Shown here: one piece after another, positions 8,541 through 17,611 of the stretch
Position numbering within the stretch: position 1 is the stretch's first letter
Layout: the number at the start of each line of letters is the position of its first letter
Virus record (IMG/VR): IMGVR_UViG_3300024270_000055
Length of the DNA: 64,000 nt
Origin: an uncultured virus (IMG/VR IMGVR_UViG_3300024270_000055)
Taxonomy: Duplodnaviria; Heunggongvirae; Uroviricota; Caudoviricetes
Direction: 5' to 3' (one strand)
Notes under the pieces: model-generated
What the model was told of the DNA's origin: nothing
The model's database searches: none
Seen by the model: only the letters and a program-made list of their open reading frames with translations
Position numbers and translations under genes: made by a program

Positions 8541-10895
8541 TTACTTGTTTATGATTATAGTCGGTATTGTTATCGTCTTGTCGAGATTCGACCAAATGGA
8601 TAGTATTCCGTCCTTTGTCTCGCAGATGGGCGCATACTGTCCGCTTGTAACCTCATTGATTCCGAAAATCACTTCAGCAATCATAGACGGTGTTACATCG
8701 ACAAGAGGAATGTCGCTTCTGTACGGATAATTTTCATAGGTGTCATCTTCCACCCAAACCGAAACGGTCACGTTCGTGAAATACAGGTTCTTTTCCTGTT
8801 TCTGCTCCAACCCTTGACCAAGCTCAGTCTTGGTGGCGTAGTTCTTGGCAACCAAGTCGTCTTCCTGAATGGCGGTCTTTCCAAGTACAGCACCTTCACG
8901 AATGGATGCAAGGTCAGTAATCGTTTCCTGTTTGCTTCCCAAACCTTCGTTGAGCTGTGCAACGGTAGCGTAACCCTTCTGCGTGAGTTCGTCTTCAGTC
9001 ACATACTCGGAAGGAATCTCCTGTATGGCGGTTGCTCCCAATGAAGCACCTTCTCTGATTGCCTCAAGGTCTGCTATCGTAGGCTGCTTGCCCGAAAGCC
9101 CTTCAGCCAATGCCTGTGAAGTGGCATACCCCTTTCCCTCCAACTCGGTAGAGGTAACATATTCCTCGTCATTGTCAAGCTCGGAGACCTTTGTAGGGAT
9201 TTCGCTCTTTTCAGCATACTGGCTGTGGAAGTGAGACTTGATGTCTCCTTGGAATACACCTTCAATCTTTTCCTTTGTAAGAATATAGTCGGAGCTTACC
9301 GCTTGACCCGTATCTACATATACACCGTTCTCATCATCCCAAGTCCACCAAGTGCCGTTCTGAATCTGCGGTGATTTCGATGTCGCTGGGGTAGCGGTGT
9401 CTGCATAACCGCCTTCTGCTGCGCTGTAAATCCACCAAGTACCGTTCTTGATAATCGGTGTGTTGCGTGTTTCCGACGCTGCGTCATTTGCGTTGTCGGT
9501 AGCTTCCACAATATCCTTCCTGAGTTCATCGTAATCTGCCGCACGGTCTTCCTCTGCCTTTACACGGGCAGCTTCGTTGGTGTTGCGTGCCGTTTCACTC
9601 TGTTCTCTCTTGGCTTCGTTGTCCTGTCTAGTACCTTCGTTGGAGATTCTAGTGTTTTCAGAAGCCGTTCTGACCGATTCGTTGGATTGGCGTGTCTGTT
9701 CCTGTGAGTTACGGGTATTTTCACTTGCCTTTCTTGTGTTTTCCGATTCCTCCCTTGAGTTTTCAGCGTCCACACGCCCTTGTTCGGCTGTGTTTCTTGC
9801 GTTCTCACTTGACACACGGGTGTTTTCGGATGCCTTTCTTGCATCTTCGTTGGCGATTCGGATAGGTTCGTTTGCCGAACGGGTGGTTTCTGCGCTCTTG
9901 CGTGCGTTTTCATTGTTCGCACGGGCGGTTTCGGCATCCACTCTAGCCTTTTCAGCGTTCACCCTTGATGTCTCAGCCTGTACCCTTGACTTTTCGGTCT
10001 CCACTCTGATGTTTTCAGAAGAAGCCCTCTGTTCTTCCGCCGACACCCTCGCTTCCTCGTTAGCCTTCACTTGGTTATCGGTCTCTTCAAGCTGTGAAAT
10101 CATTTCGTTTGCGGGGCTTTGCAAGAGAGCGATTTCCTCGCTTGAAAGGTCACTCAGACGGATGGAAGGGATATGAAGGTTCAATAAGTACTTAGGATTG
10201 CCTTCTTCGTCCAATCCGTTTTCGGTAAGGGTAGCACCTGCATCATCACGACCTTCGCCTACAGTGACGATTCCGATTTCGATTTGCGGTGTCTTGCCAG
10301 TGAAACCAATCGCACCAGACATGTCCACAAGAAACGTAAACTTACCTTCAGCATCTACTACATAAATTTTGGCATTGTCGGGATTCTCCACGTCATCGGT
10401 GTTGATGAGAACGAAGTCACCTTCCTTCAGTCCGTGTTCGGTGTCGGCTTCCATTTCCTCGATGGAAACGTATGTCTTCGATACCTTGAACCCTTCACCA
10501 CGGACATATACCGATGTCTTGTTGTAACTCTTTGTGTTCTTGTCCCAAACGTAAACGTAATTGTCTTCACCCACATAAGTAGGATGGTTGGCTGTATCTT
10601 CCGCATTGGCGATTGCTTCGTCAATGTCCGACTGAGCCTGTTCCACGGCATCATTGGCAATCTGTACCGCTTCTGCTGCTGCGGCATCGGCTCGTTCGGC
10701 TGCGTCTTCCGCCGGTCGAGACAACAATTCAAGCGGTGCTTCCACCACTGATGTGCCTCTAAGCGCAGGCAGCGAATTGATGCCCGAAAGGGAATCCACC
10801 ACTTCCACCTCGCCAACACCCTGCGATTCCGCAAGGAGCTGTTGCTTGACTTCACTTACAAGCTGTTCGAACTGTGTTGTCTCCAGTACCGCCAT
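8541..10895 (-). CDS. Long tail-fibre protein with E-x-x-R heptad coiled coil
   Basis: About 25 (A/S/N)E-x-x-R heptads, NGTWW repeats, duplicated DL..IREGA.LG.TAIQ unit, C-terminal adaptor-like domain. Confidence 0.75.
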   Translation of the reverse strand: MAVLETTQFEQLVSEVKQQLLAESQGVGEVEVVDSLSGINSLPALRGTSVVEAPLELLSRPAEDAAERADAAAAEAVQIANDAVEQAQSDIDEAIANAEDTANHPTYVGEDNYVYVWDKNTKSYNKTSVYVRGEGFKVSKTYVSIEEMEADTEHGLKEGDFVLINTDDVENPDNAKIYVVDAEGKFTFLVDMSGAIGFTGKTPQIEIGIVTVGEGRDDAGATLTENGLDEEGNPKYLLNLHIPSIRLSDLSSEEIALLQSPANEMISQLEETDNQVKANEEARVSAEEQRASSENIRVETEKSRVQAETSRVNAEKARVDAETARANNENARKSAETTRSANEPIRIANEDARKASENTRVSSENARNTAEQGRVDAENSREESENTRKASENTRNSQEQTRQSNESVRTASENTRISNEGTRQDNEAKREQSETARNTNEAARVKAEEDRAADYDELRKDIVEATDNANDAASETRNTPIIKNGTWWIYSAAEGGYADTATPATSKSPQIQNGTWWTWDDENGVYVDTGQAVSSDYILTKEKIEGVFQGDIKSHFHSQYAEKSEIPTKVSELDNDEEYVTSTELEGKGYATSQALAEGLSGKQPTIADLEAIREGASLGATAIQEIPSEYVTEDELTQKGYATVAQLNEGLGSKQETITDLASIREGAVLGKTAIQEDDLVAKNYATKTELGQGLEQKQEKNLYFTNVTVSVWVEDDTYENYPYRSDIPLVDVTPSMIAEVIFGINEVTSGQYAPICETKDGILSIWSNLDKTITIPTIIINK

Positions 10896-10896
10896 A

Positions 10897-11190
10897 TTAT
10901 CCTAAGATTGATTGTAAGTCGTTATAGAACTGCGAAGCGATGGTCGCTTGGTTTGATACGGTTGTAACGTAGCTTGAATCGAAACGCACGTTTGTAACTC
11001 CGTTCGCAAATGAGCCGTAGCCCACACGCTTCTTGATTTCACCGATGACATACATCGTTGCGTTCACTTCTGTCGGTGTTCCGTCGATAGGACCAGTTGC
11101 GATGTATTCAATCGCATAGTTGCCGTCACCCATTGCCATTTCAGTGACAGCTTTCCTTGTCTCAAACTGTTCTGTATAAGTAATTGCCAT
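10897..11190 (-). CDS. Hypothetical protein (tail module)
   Basis: 97-aa ORF in the operon. Confidence 0.6.
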   Translation of the reverse strand: MAITYTEQFETRKAVTEMAMGDGNYAIEYIATGPIDGTPTEVNATMYVIGEIKKRVGYGSFANGVTNVRFDSSYVTTVSNQATIASQFYNDLQSILG

Positions 11191-11194
11191 ATCT

Positions 11195-11473
11195 TTATTC
11201 CTTAACGGTCAATAATTCGTTGAATGCTCTCTGTACGCTTGCAAGGTAGTTGTCCTTGATGATTGCCTTCAAAGGCTCTATATACTCCTGTGGAACTTCA
11301 ATCTCACCATCGGAGAAATAGATGTTGCGAGCCAAGTCATCAAAGCCGATGTCACCGGTCGTCTGATGAATCTTGTTACCAAGCTGCTTTCTCATGTCAA
11401 CGGCTACGGGTTCTCCCTCGAAGGAATGCTGAACCATCACCTTGCCGAAATCAATCATTACTTTATTTTCCAT
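11195..11473 (-). CDS. Hypothetical protein (tail module)
   Basis: 92-aa ORF following the large tail protein. Confidence 0.6.
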   Translation of the reverse strand: MENKVMIDFGKVMVQHSFEGEPVAVDMRKQLGNKIHQTTGDIGFDDLARNIYFSDGEIEVPQEYIEPLKAIIKDNYLASVQRAFNELLTVKE

Positions 11474-11484
11474 ATATTTATAAT

Positions 11485-14400
11485 TTAGTCTACACTTAGG
11501 AATTCATACCAATAAGAACCGTTGCTTATATAGAAAGCACTAAGGTTGTTATGCGTAACAGAGCTTACCGTAGAAGTGCTGTTTCTAGGAAATATGCTTC
11601 CGCTCAACGTTTTCGAACCGTTGAACTTTATAAATATCACTTTACCTTTGCATGAACTTGCGCTAGGCAAAGAAGAAGATGATGACATAACCGTGAAATC
11701 AGTTGTTATTGACGGAGAACCTGACGACACGTTCCCAAGAGCGAAATTGTACAGTTTAGCCCCCGATGCGAGTGTCAATCCCTTGCTGTCAATGGTTGTA
11801 GCACCTCCCGATGAAGGGGCGTAACCGATGCCCAATGCGTTCAGCGTCAAATTGCCCGTTCCGCTTTTGTAGATGCCGATAGCAGGTTGCAGACCGTCAG
11901 CATTGATTTCCAACAGAGGTGTTCCCGATGAGTTTTCGCATACGAATCCTCCACTATCCATCTTCAATGTCCATCCTTCGCTGTTGGTAGCCTCCAATTT
12001 ATTCACAGTAATGGCATCAACATCAATAAGTGATGTCTTTATATACCCGCCCGAGATAATCGTAGAATCAAGCATTGCAGAGCTGACAGCACTTTTGTAG
12101 GCTAAACTTCCCAAACTTGAAGAGTTTACCTTCCCGTTGATGGTGGTTTGCACACCACTAGCCAAATCACTGAAAGTAACCTTGCCTGTAAGGTCTATCT
12201 GGTCTGCCGAAATTTCAATCTTTGAAACCAAGTCACCTAAATCATCTTCAAGAACGTATGCTGAAAGAGATGCTTTCGTTGCCATCCCATCACTGACCAA
12301 AGACGAATAAAGAGTGGCTCTATTGCTTGTAGTATAAAGACCGCTCTTGCTGAAGTTGGTAATTTCTCCGCTAGAATTGAAAGTTATCTTTTCTGTAAAC
12401 GCTTCAAGTTTTCCAGCCGTAACGGAGATGTCGCTACTGTTCTGCGAAACGGTTTTACCAAGCGCATTCAATTCTTCTTTCGTAGCTCGCAGATTGATAG
12501 CTTCGGTATTCTGTGAAATTTTAGTTGAATGTGCACTGATGGAATCCCCGTGAGACGATACGGTCTTCGTAAGACTTGTGATTTGTCCTGCCTGTACAGA
12601 GATATTCGTCTCGTTTGTAGTAATCCTTCCATCCAAATCTTCTTCTACAGAGGATACTTCAGCCCGTATCTCTTTAGCCGTTTGGGATATTGACGACTCA
12701 AACGAGTTGGTCAATCCTGTTTCAAGGTCTGTAAAGTCAGCACTGAAATCTGTACGCAATTCCCTTGCAGTTGCACTTATCTGTGATTCATAATCCTCAA
12801 TCAAGCCACTTTCAGTGTCCTCCACAAGTTCGGTAAGCTCTGCCTTTATTTCCCTTGCTGTCTGAGATACCAAACTTTTATAGCTTGAGGTGATGTCGTT
12901 TTCAGTATCTTCCACAAGCTCGGTGTATTCCGAACGCAATTCCTTGGCAGTCTGAGTAATCTTGCTTGAATACTCAGTCGTGATGGTATTGTATTGATTT
13001 GTCAGCTTGGTATTGAAAGACGATTCAAGTTTTTCGGCTGTCAATATGAACTCGCTGTGATATTCTTCCAACTTGCCATTCGTGTAATCCAAGTTAGCTT
13101 GAATCTTCTTGTCCGTAGCTTCAAAGCGATTGGTAAACTTCTCTTCCACATCGGCAAGGGCATTGTCCGAAAGGGCAAGGTCGTAGATATAGATGTCACC
13201 GTCAAACGAGAGGTAGAAATCACCCGTTCCGTTCCACTTGCCTTCGAATTCTTCCACTTCAAACGATACGTTCGGGTCAATCCATTTTTCTTCATTGATG
13301 GATGTATATTGCTCGAAAGTACCGTCATTGGTTTCATCCTTGAAGTAAACCTTCATCGTACCTGCTTCAACGCAAAGATACTTGAATGATACATAGAACA
13401 TTCTAGGGCGGTACTTCTCAATACCAGTTTCCTCTTCCTTGTAAAGGTCAAAGGACGGGTGGAGGTTGTAGTCGGAGTTCTTCTGAGTGATGAACGAATT
13501 CTTGATGCGGAGCACATTCTTGGAATCCCTTACAACCACACCTGCGAAGTTGTTCTTGATGGAGTAGAAGTTGCCGTTGAAGTGAAGCAATCCTCCCGAT
13601 GTCCTGAATACCTGTACATCGTTCTCGTAAGTCCATGATTCAAGGTTGGACGAGAACGAAGCGTTGGTAAGATAGTTGTCCTTGGCATTGATTTCAGCAC
13701 GCACGGAAGAGATTTCAGAACGAATCATGCCTTCCATGATGGTGAACTGCGTCTGTACATCCTTCCCGTTGGAAAGGACAAACACACCAGTCAAGAAACA
13801 GTTGTCGGCATACAGGCCATATCCGTGAGGCTGCATGTCGCTAGGGAATCTTGAATCACTGATACCGTCAAGGCATCCCACACGGGTTCTCAGGCATCCT
13901 TCGAAGTTCTTTGTCCTTACACCGTCCAAGCAGTCGAATCTCGGCTGTCCGTCTTCGGTTGCGCTGATAAGGATTAGGTTCTGACGGAGCTTGTTCTTGG
14001 TATTACCCATAAGGACACATTCATCGCCGGCAGCAGGCATCACTCCGTTGAAGTCAGCTACCCTTGCATATACATCTTCACCTTCCACACGGGTCACTTC
14101 CACCCAATAGTATTTCAATCCGCTAGGGGAGAACACCTGACAGCGCATGAGGTCATTTACGGCAAAGGTATTCGTGTCCTCGAAATTGAACTTGTATTCG
14201 ATGCCCACTCTCTCCACGGACTTTACCTTGCCGTTGCCCGCACTCACGACAATCATACCCCCTACGGCACGGATTTTCTGAATGACAAGCTCGTAAATCA
14301 TCATTACCTTGCGGACAGTAAGACGGTCAAGCGTCATAGACCAGTCACCTGAAGCGATGTCCTTCCATATCTGATAGCCCTCGCCAGCGAACCCGTCAAC

Positions 14401-16488
14401 AAAGGTGGATGAACCGAGTGTAGTGACGATAGCCCTTGCGATGGTTGCAAGCTCTTCCACTTCAAGGTTCATCATCTTTGCAAGGCCATATACTGTGATG
14501 CCTTCCTCGAATGTGATATGCTTGTGGGCTGTATCTTCCTTGTCCTTCCTGAGGAACTTGTCGCCCATGCCTTCTATTCCCTCCTTGATTCTCTTGTCGG
14601 TCATCAAGGCAGAATAGATTTCAGCGTCACTTGCGAATTCTGGCTTCACTTCGTCTGTGTATCTTGTTACATCGGTAATCTGCTTGTCTCCGATGGAAAG
14701 GCTTCCTACTCCTAGATGGTGAGGTGTCCTGTCCGACTTGTCCTTTCGGAGGAACGTCTTTTCACCTACCGCTTTCACGATGGATGTTATCTGCTCGATA
14801 TTGAACTTACCCGTATTTTCAGAACCTCCGACACCGTTTCGCACGATTGAATCAATCTGATTCTGAATCTTTTCAATCGTTCCTACTGTCTTTTCATTTC
14901 TGAGGGTAATTTGATATTCAGGTATACTTCCGTTTTCAAGGTCTTCCTTGATATTGAGAGTATCGATGATTATGTTTCCGCTAACGCCCAAGTCATCATC
15001 TTCGAACAACATGAGGTCTCCCTCCTTGATTGTCTCATAGAAGCTTGTAGTGCCATACTTCTTGGCATTGTCATGCTGACGTGCCATATAGATATTGTCT
15101 ACGGTAGGGGAGTAGCTGTATCTTACATAATCATTCTTTGCCAAATACGCCTTTGCAGCTTCAAGAAGTCTCTGTGATGCCGCCTTTACATAAACGTCTG
15201 GCATTTCAATGTTCAGAAGCACGAACTTGTCACCTGTCTTGATTTGGTAGTCCACATACGGGAAATACAGACCAAGTGTTGAATCTTCACTTCTGTTACA
15301 AGTAAGCAGATGCGAACCGTCATCCTGCTTTTCACAGGAGACGATTTCAAATTCACGACCGCCGCACATTCCGTTCTTCATGGCTATCGTTGCCGATGAA
15401 GTGGAGAGGTAGTCATTTATATCGAAGCCGATGTCCTTCAATGTGATAGTGAAGGTGGCTTGTATTTCATTTTCTTCAGTAGCCTTTCCGTTGTCAGCTA
15501 TCTGCTCAGCACCCAACACAACATCTAGATTACCTGTTGACTGTACTTCAACGCCCGCCTTTTCCAAATCTTCTGCGGTCATTCCTTCCATTGAAGGGTA
15601 AATTTCTTCAAGGTCGCCGCTTCCGTCAAAGAACACAGTACCTTCACGGATTCCCAACTTTTCAATGTTCTTGCTGTCCAAGTACGGGTCCTCCTTGATT
15701 GGGAAGTCTGGCAGCATGAGGTTGTTCACAGCCATGTTGTTCGGTATGCCGCTTCCTTCAAGATTGTGGTAATATCCGCTAGGCATATTACGTGTGCTAC
15801 CGTAAGCACGAAGTCTTGTGATTATCTTCTGGTTGCTTTCCGCATTGCGTTCAATTTCACGCAGACCTTTACCCTTACCGTAAGAGAACACGTTCTCCAT
15901 TGCTATACCAGCAGTCCCTACGGTAATTGTCCTGTTCTTAATGATGAATGTAGCACCGAACTGACTGTTTACCATCGCCAACGCATCCCATACAGTCATG
16001 TTGCTGACCGATATGTTCACGTTTGTCTTTCCTTCATATTCTGGATGAAGAGATACAGTCCATTTCTTTTCATCCTTATATACTCTGTCAAGATTTGCTT
16101 GGATGCGTTCTACCAGCTTACCGACGGATTCCGCAAAGAAGCTGAATGTAGGCAGCGAAGAATAATGGATAAGATTGTCCGATGATACATAGTCAAGGAA
16201 ATCACATCTTGTAAGCTCGTCAGAGAGAGAGTTGAAGATTACATCATTGTAGACGAATCCTTCACCATTGGTATTGACGGATGATGTCTTTACAACCGTC
16301 GGGTCGTAATTCATTTCAAAGCGTTCGCCTCTGTACATGATATAGTCCCCAATCCCGAATTCTACGGTAACGGGAGAGGAGATGGTGACGCTGACAGAGC
16401 AAGCCCCCATAAACTCACCAGAGTATTCGAGCTTTCTCGCCTCGCATCTTTTATGTCCGTCCTTACTATATACTATCCACGCACTCAT
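11485..16488 (-). CDS. Large tail/baseplate hub and host-specificity protein
   Basis: 1667 aa; N-terminal IITRLRAYGSTRN tail-protein motif, SQTAREI coiled-coil repeats, IEISADQIDLTG; follows the distal tail gene. Confidence 0.8.
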   Translation of the reverse strand: MSAWIVYSKDGHKRCEARKLEYSGEFMGACSVSVTISSPVTVEFGIGDYIMYRGERFEMNYDPTVVKTSSVNTNGEGFVYNDVIFNSLSDELTRCDFLDYVSSDNLIHYSSLPTFSFFAESVGKLVERIQANLDRVYKDEKKWTVSLHPEYEGKTNVNISVSNMTVWDALAMVNSQFGATFIIKNRTITVGTAGIAMENVFSYGKGKGLREIERNAESNQKIITRLRAYGSTRNMPSGYYHNLEGSGIPNNMAVNNLMLPDFPIKEDPYLDSKNIEKLGIREGTVFFDGSGDLEEIYPSMEGMTAEDLEKAGVEVQSTGNLDVVLGAEQIADNGKATEENEIQATFTITLKDIGFDINDYLSTSSATIAMKNGMCGGREFEIVSCEKQDDGSHLLTCNRSEDSTLGLYFPYVDYQIKTGDKFVLLNIEMPDVYVKAASQRLLEAAKAYLAKNDYVRYSYSPTVDNIYMARQHDNAKKYGTTSFYETIKEGDLMLFEDDDLGVSGNIIIDTLNIKEDLENGSIPEYQITLRNEKTVGTIEKIQNQIDSIVRNGVGGSENTGKFNIEQITSIVKAVGEKTFLRKDKSDRTPHHLGVGSLSIGDKQITDVTRYTDEVKPEFASDAEIYSALMTDKRIKEGIEGMGDKFLRKDKEDTAHKHITFEEGITVYGLAKMMNLEVEELATIARAIVTTLGSSTFVDGFAGEGYQIWKDIASGDWSMTLDRLTVRKVMMIYELVIQKIRAVGGMIVVSAGNGKVKSVERVGIEYKFNFEDTNTFAVNDLMRCQVFSPSGLKYYWVEVTRVEGEDVYARVADFNGVMPAAGDECVLMGNTKNKLRQNLILISATEDGQPRFDCLDGVRTKNFEGCLRTRVGCLDGISDSRFPSDMQPHGYGLYADNCFLTGVFVLSNGKDVQTQFTIMEGMIRSEISSVRAEINAKDNYLTNASFSSNLESWTYENDVQVFRTSGGLLHFNGNFYSIKNNFAGVVVRDSKNVLRIKNSFITQKNSDYNLHPSFDLYKEEETGIEKYRPRMFYVSFKYLCVEAGTMKVYFKDETNDGTFEQYTSINEEKWIDPNVSFEVEEFEGKWNGTGDFYLSFDGDIYIYDLALSDNALADVEEKFTNRFEATDKKIQANLDYTNGKLEEYHSEFILTAEKLESSFNTKLTNQYNTITTEYSSKITQTAKELRSEYTELVEDTENDITSSYKSLVSQTAREIKAELTELVEDTESGLIEDYESQISATARELRTDFSADFTDLETGLTNSFESSISQTAKEIRAEVSSVEEDLDGRITTNETNISVQAGQITSLTKTVSSHGDSISAHSTKISQNTEAINLRATKEELNALGKTVSQNSSDISVTAGKLEAFTEKITFNSSGEITNFSKSGLYTTSNRATLYSSLVSDGMATKASLSAYVLEDDLGDLVSKIEISADQIDLTGKVTFSDLASGVQTTINGKVNSSSLGSLAYKSAVSSAMLDSTIISGGYIKTSLIDVDAITVNKLEATNSEGWTLKMDSGGFVCENSSGTPLLEINADGLQPAIGIYKSGTGNLTLNALGIGYAPSSGGATTIDSKGLTLASGAKLYNFALGNVSSGSPSITTDFTVMSSSSSLPSASSCKGKVIFIKFNGSKTLSGSIFPRNSTSTVSSVTHNNLSAFYISNGSYWYEFLSVD

Positions 16489-16955
16489 CTTGCCAATGTG
16501 ATGTCTGTTACAGGGTCATTTACCTTGAACTTCACCACAAACACAATGATGTCACCACTGTCTTCCTGTCTGAAGAACATGTCGTCTTCAACTGAGACAT
16601 AACGAATGCGCTGCCTTCCAATCTTTGTATATGTGTCGTACACCTGCATTTCTGAACCAGTGCCGTCACGACCTGTCAGATAATCCAAGAAAGACCTGAT
16701 TTTGGAATTTGCAGTACCCATGTCGCCTTTATAAGCGAACTCCACGTCAATTTCGTATGATGCGATAGGAAGGATGGAAGGGATGTATTCATCGTCCCCG
16801 TCCTCATCCTTCCAGTCGTGGTTAGCTAGTTCCTTGGCTTCACCGTACAATTGGAATGGAAAGTCCTTGCAGACGATATTCCAGTTGTTGAACGTGTCAA
16901 CAACAGAAGCATTTTCAGTCATCTTTTTAAAATAGATAGCGTACGGTTTTGCCAT
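16485..16955 (-). CDS. Putative distal tail protein
   Basis: DWKDEDGDDEY motif; lies between tape measure and tail hub. Confidence 0.55.
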   Translation of the reverse strand: MAKPYAIYFKKMTENASVVDTFNNWNIVCKDFPFQLYGEAKELANHDWKDEDGDDEYIPSILPIASYEIDVEFAYKGDMGTANSKIRSFLDYLTGRDGTGSEMQVYDTYTKIGRQRIRYVSVEDDMFFRQEDSGDIIVFVVKFKVNDPVTDITLAR

Positions 16956-17011
16956 TACTAGCTTAATTTTGTGTTTGTAGTGTGAAACGGAAGCTTCAAG
17001 AGCTTAATCCA

Positions 17012-17072
17012 CCGCAAATATAATCATTTGAAAAACAATTCCAAACAAAAATAGGTTAAAGTTTTACTTTAA
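17012..17072 (-). promoter_or_regulatory. Late-type promoter (-7 TATATTTG, -33 TTTG) with upstream palindrome
   Basis: Same motifs and spacing as 27447..27507. Confidence 0.7.
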
Positions 17073-17097
17073 GTTTGAAGTATAAGAAAAGCGAGGT

Positions 17098-17607
17098 TCA
17101 ATCCCCGCTTTTTCTCTGCATAACTTCACCTTCAGTTTCTACTTCGCAACATTCTCCGTGCTTGTAGACATAAACCGAAGCAGCATCCCTTTGTGATACC
17201 TTCAGCTTTGCGTTGTCGTAAAGACTGATGAATATCTTACTGACCCTAGAGCAGTCAATGGTCACTTCGCTGTCATGCCTGATATAGACATCGGCAGTTG
17301 TGTAACCATCAAAAAGCAGCGTACCCTTCGATTTACCTTGAACAATCACAACCTGCCTTGCGTTCCTTCTTTCAAATTCAGCATCCACATAGATATTGTT
17401 GTGTTCCAATAAAGCCTTGTCGAAATTCTCTTTGATGAACTCGTTTGACGGAAAATCCTTTTCGATTGAAAAATCTATAAAGTGTACATAACGGTTTATC
17501 AGCTCATACTCGTTGAGCTTTTCTAGGTTGTCAAGCCCTTTCTCGCAAGCCCCAAGCGATTCTGCTTGGAGCTTCAGTTTTTTCCCGATATTATTCTTGA
17601 AAAACAT
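17098..17607 (-). CDS. Hypothetical protein
   Basis: 169-aa ORF abutting the tape measure gene. Confidence 0.65.
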   Translation of the reverse strand: MFFKNNIGKKLKLQAESLGACEKGLDNLEKLNEYELINRYVHFIDFSIEKDFPSNEFIKENFDKALLEHNNIYVDAEFERRNARQVVIVQGKSKGTLLFDGYTTADVYIRHDSEVTIDCSRVSKIFISLYDNAKLKVSQRDAASVYVYKHGECCEVETEGEVMQRKSGD

Positions 17608-17611
17608 GATA

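Noticed and set aside
9560..10176. Overlapping 125-199 aa ORFs in the coiled-coil fibre gene (also 6631..7260 and 20885..21646)
   Set aside because: Antisense or off-frame shadows of long biased-codon genes
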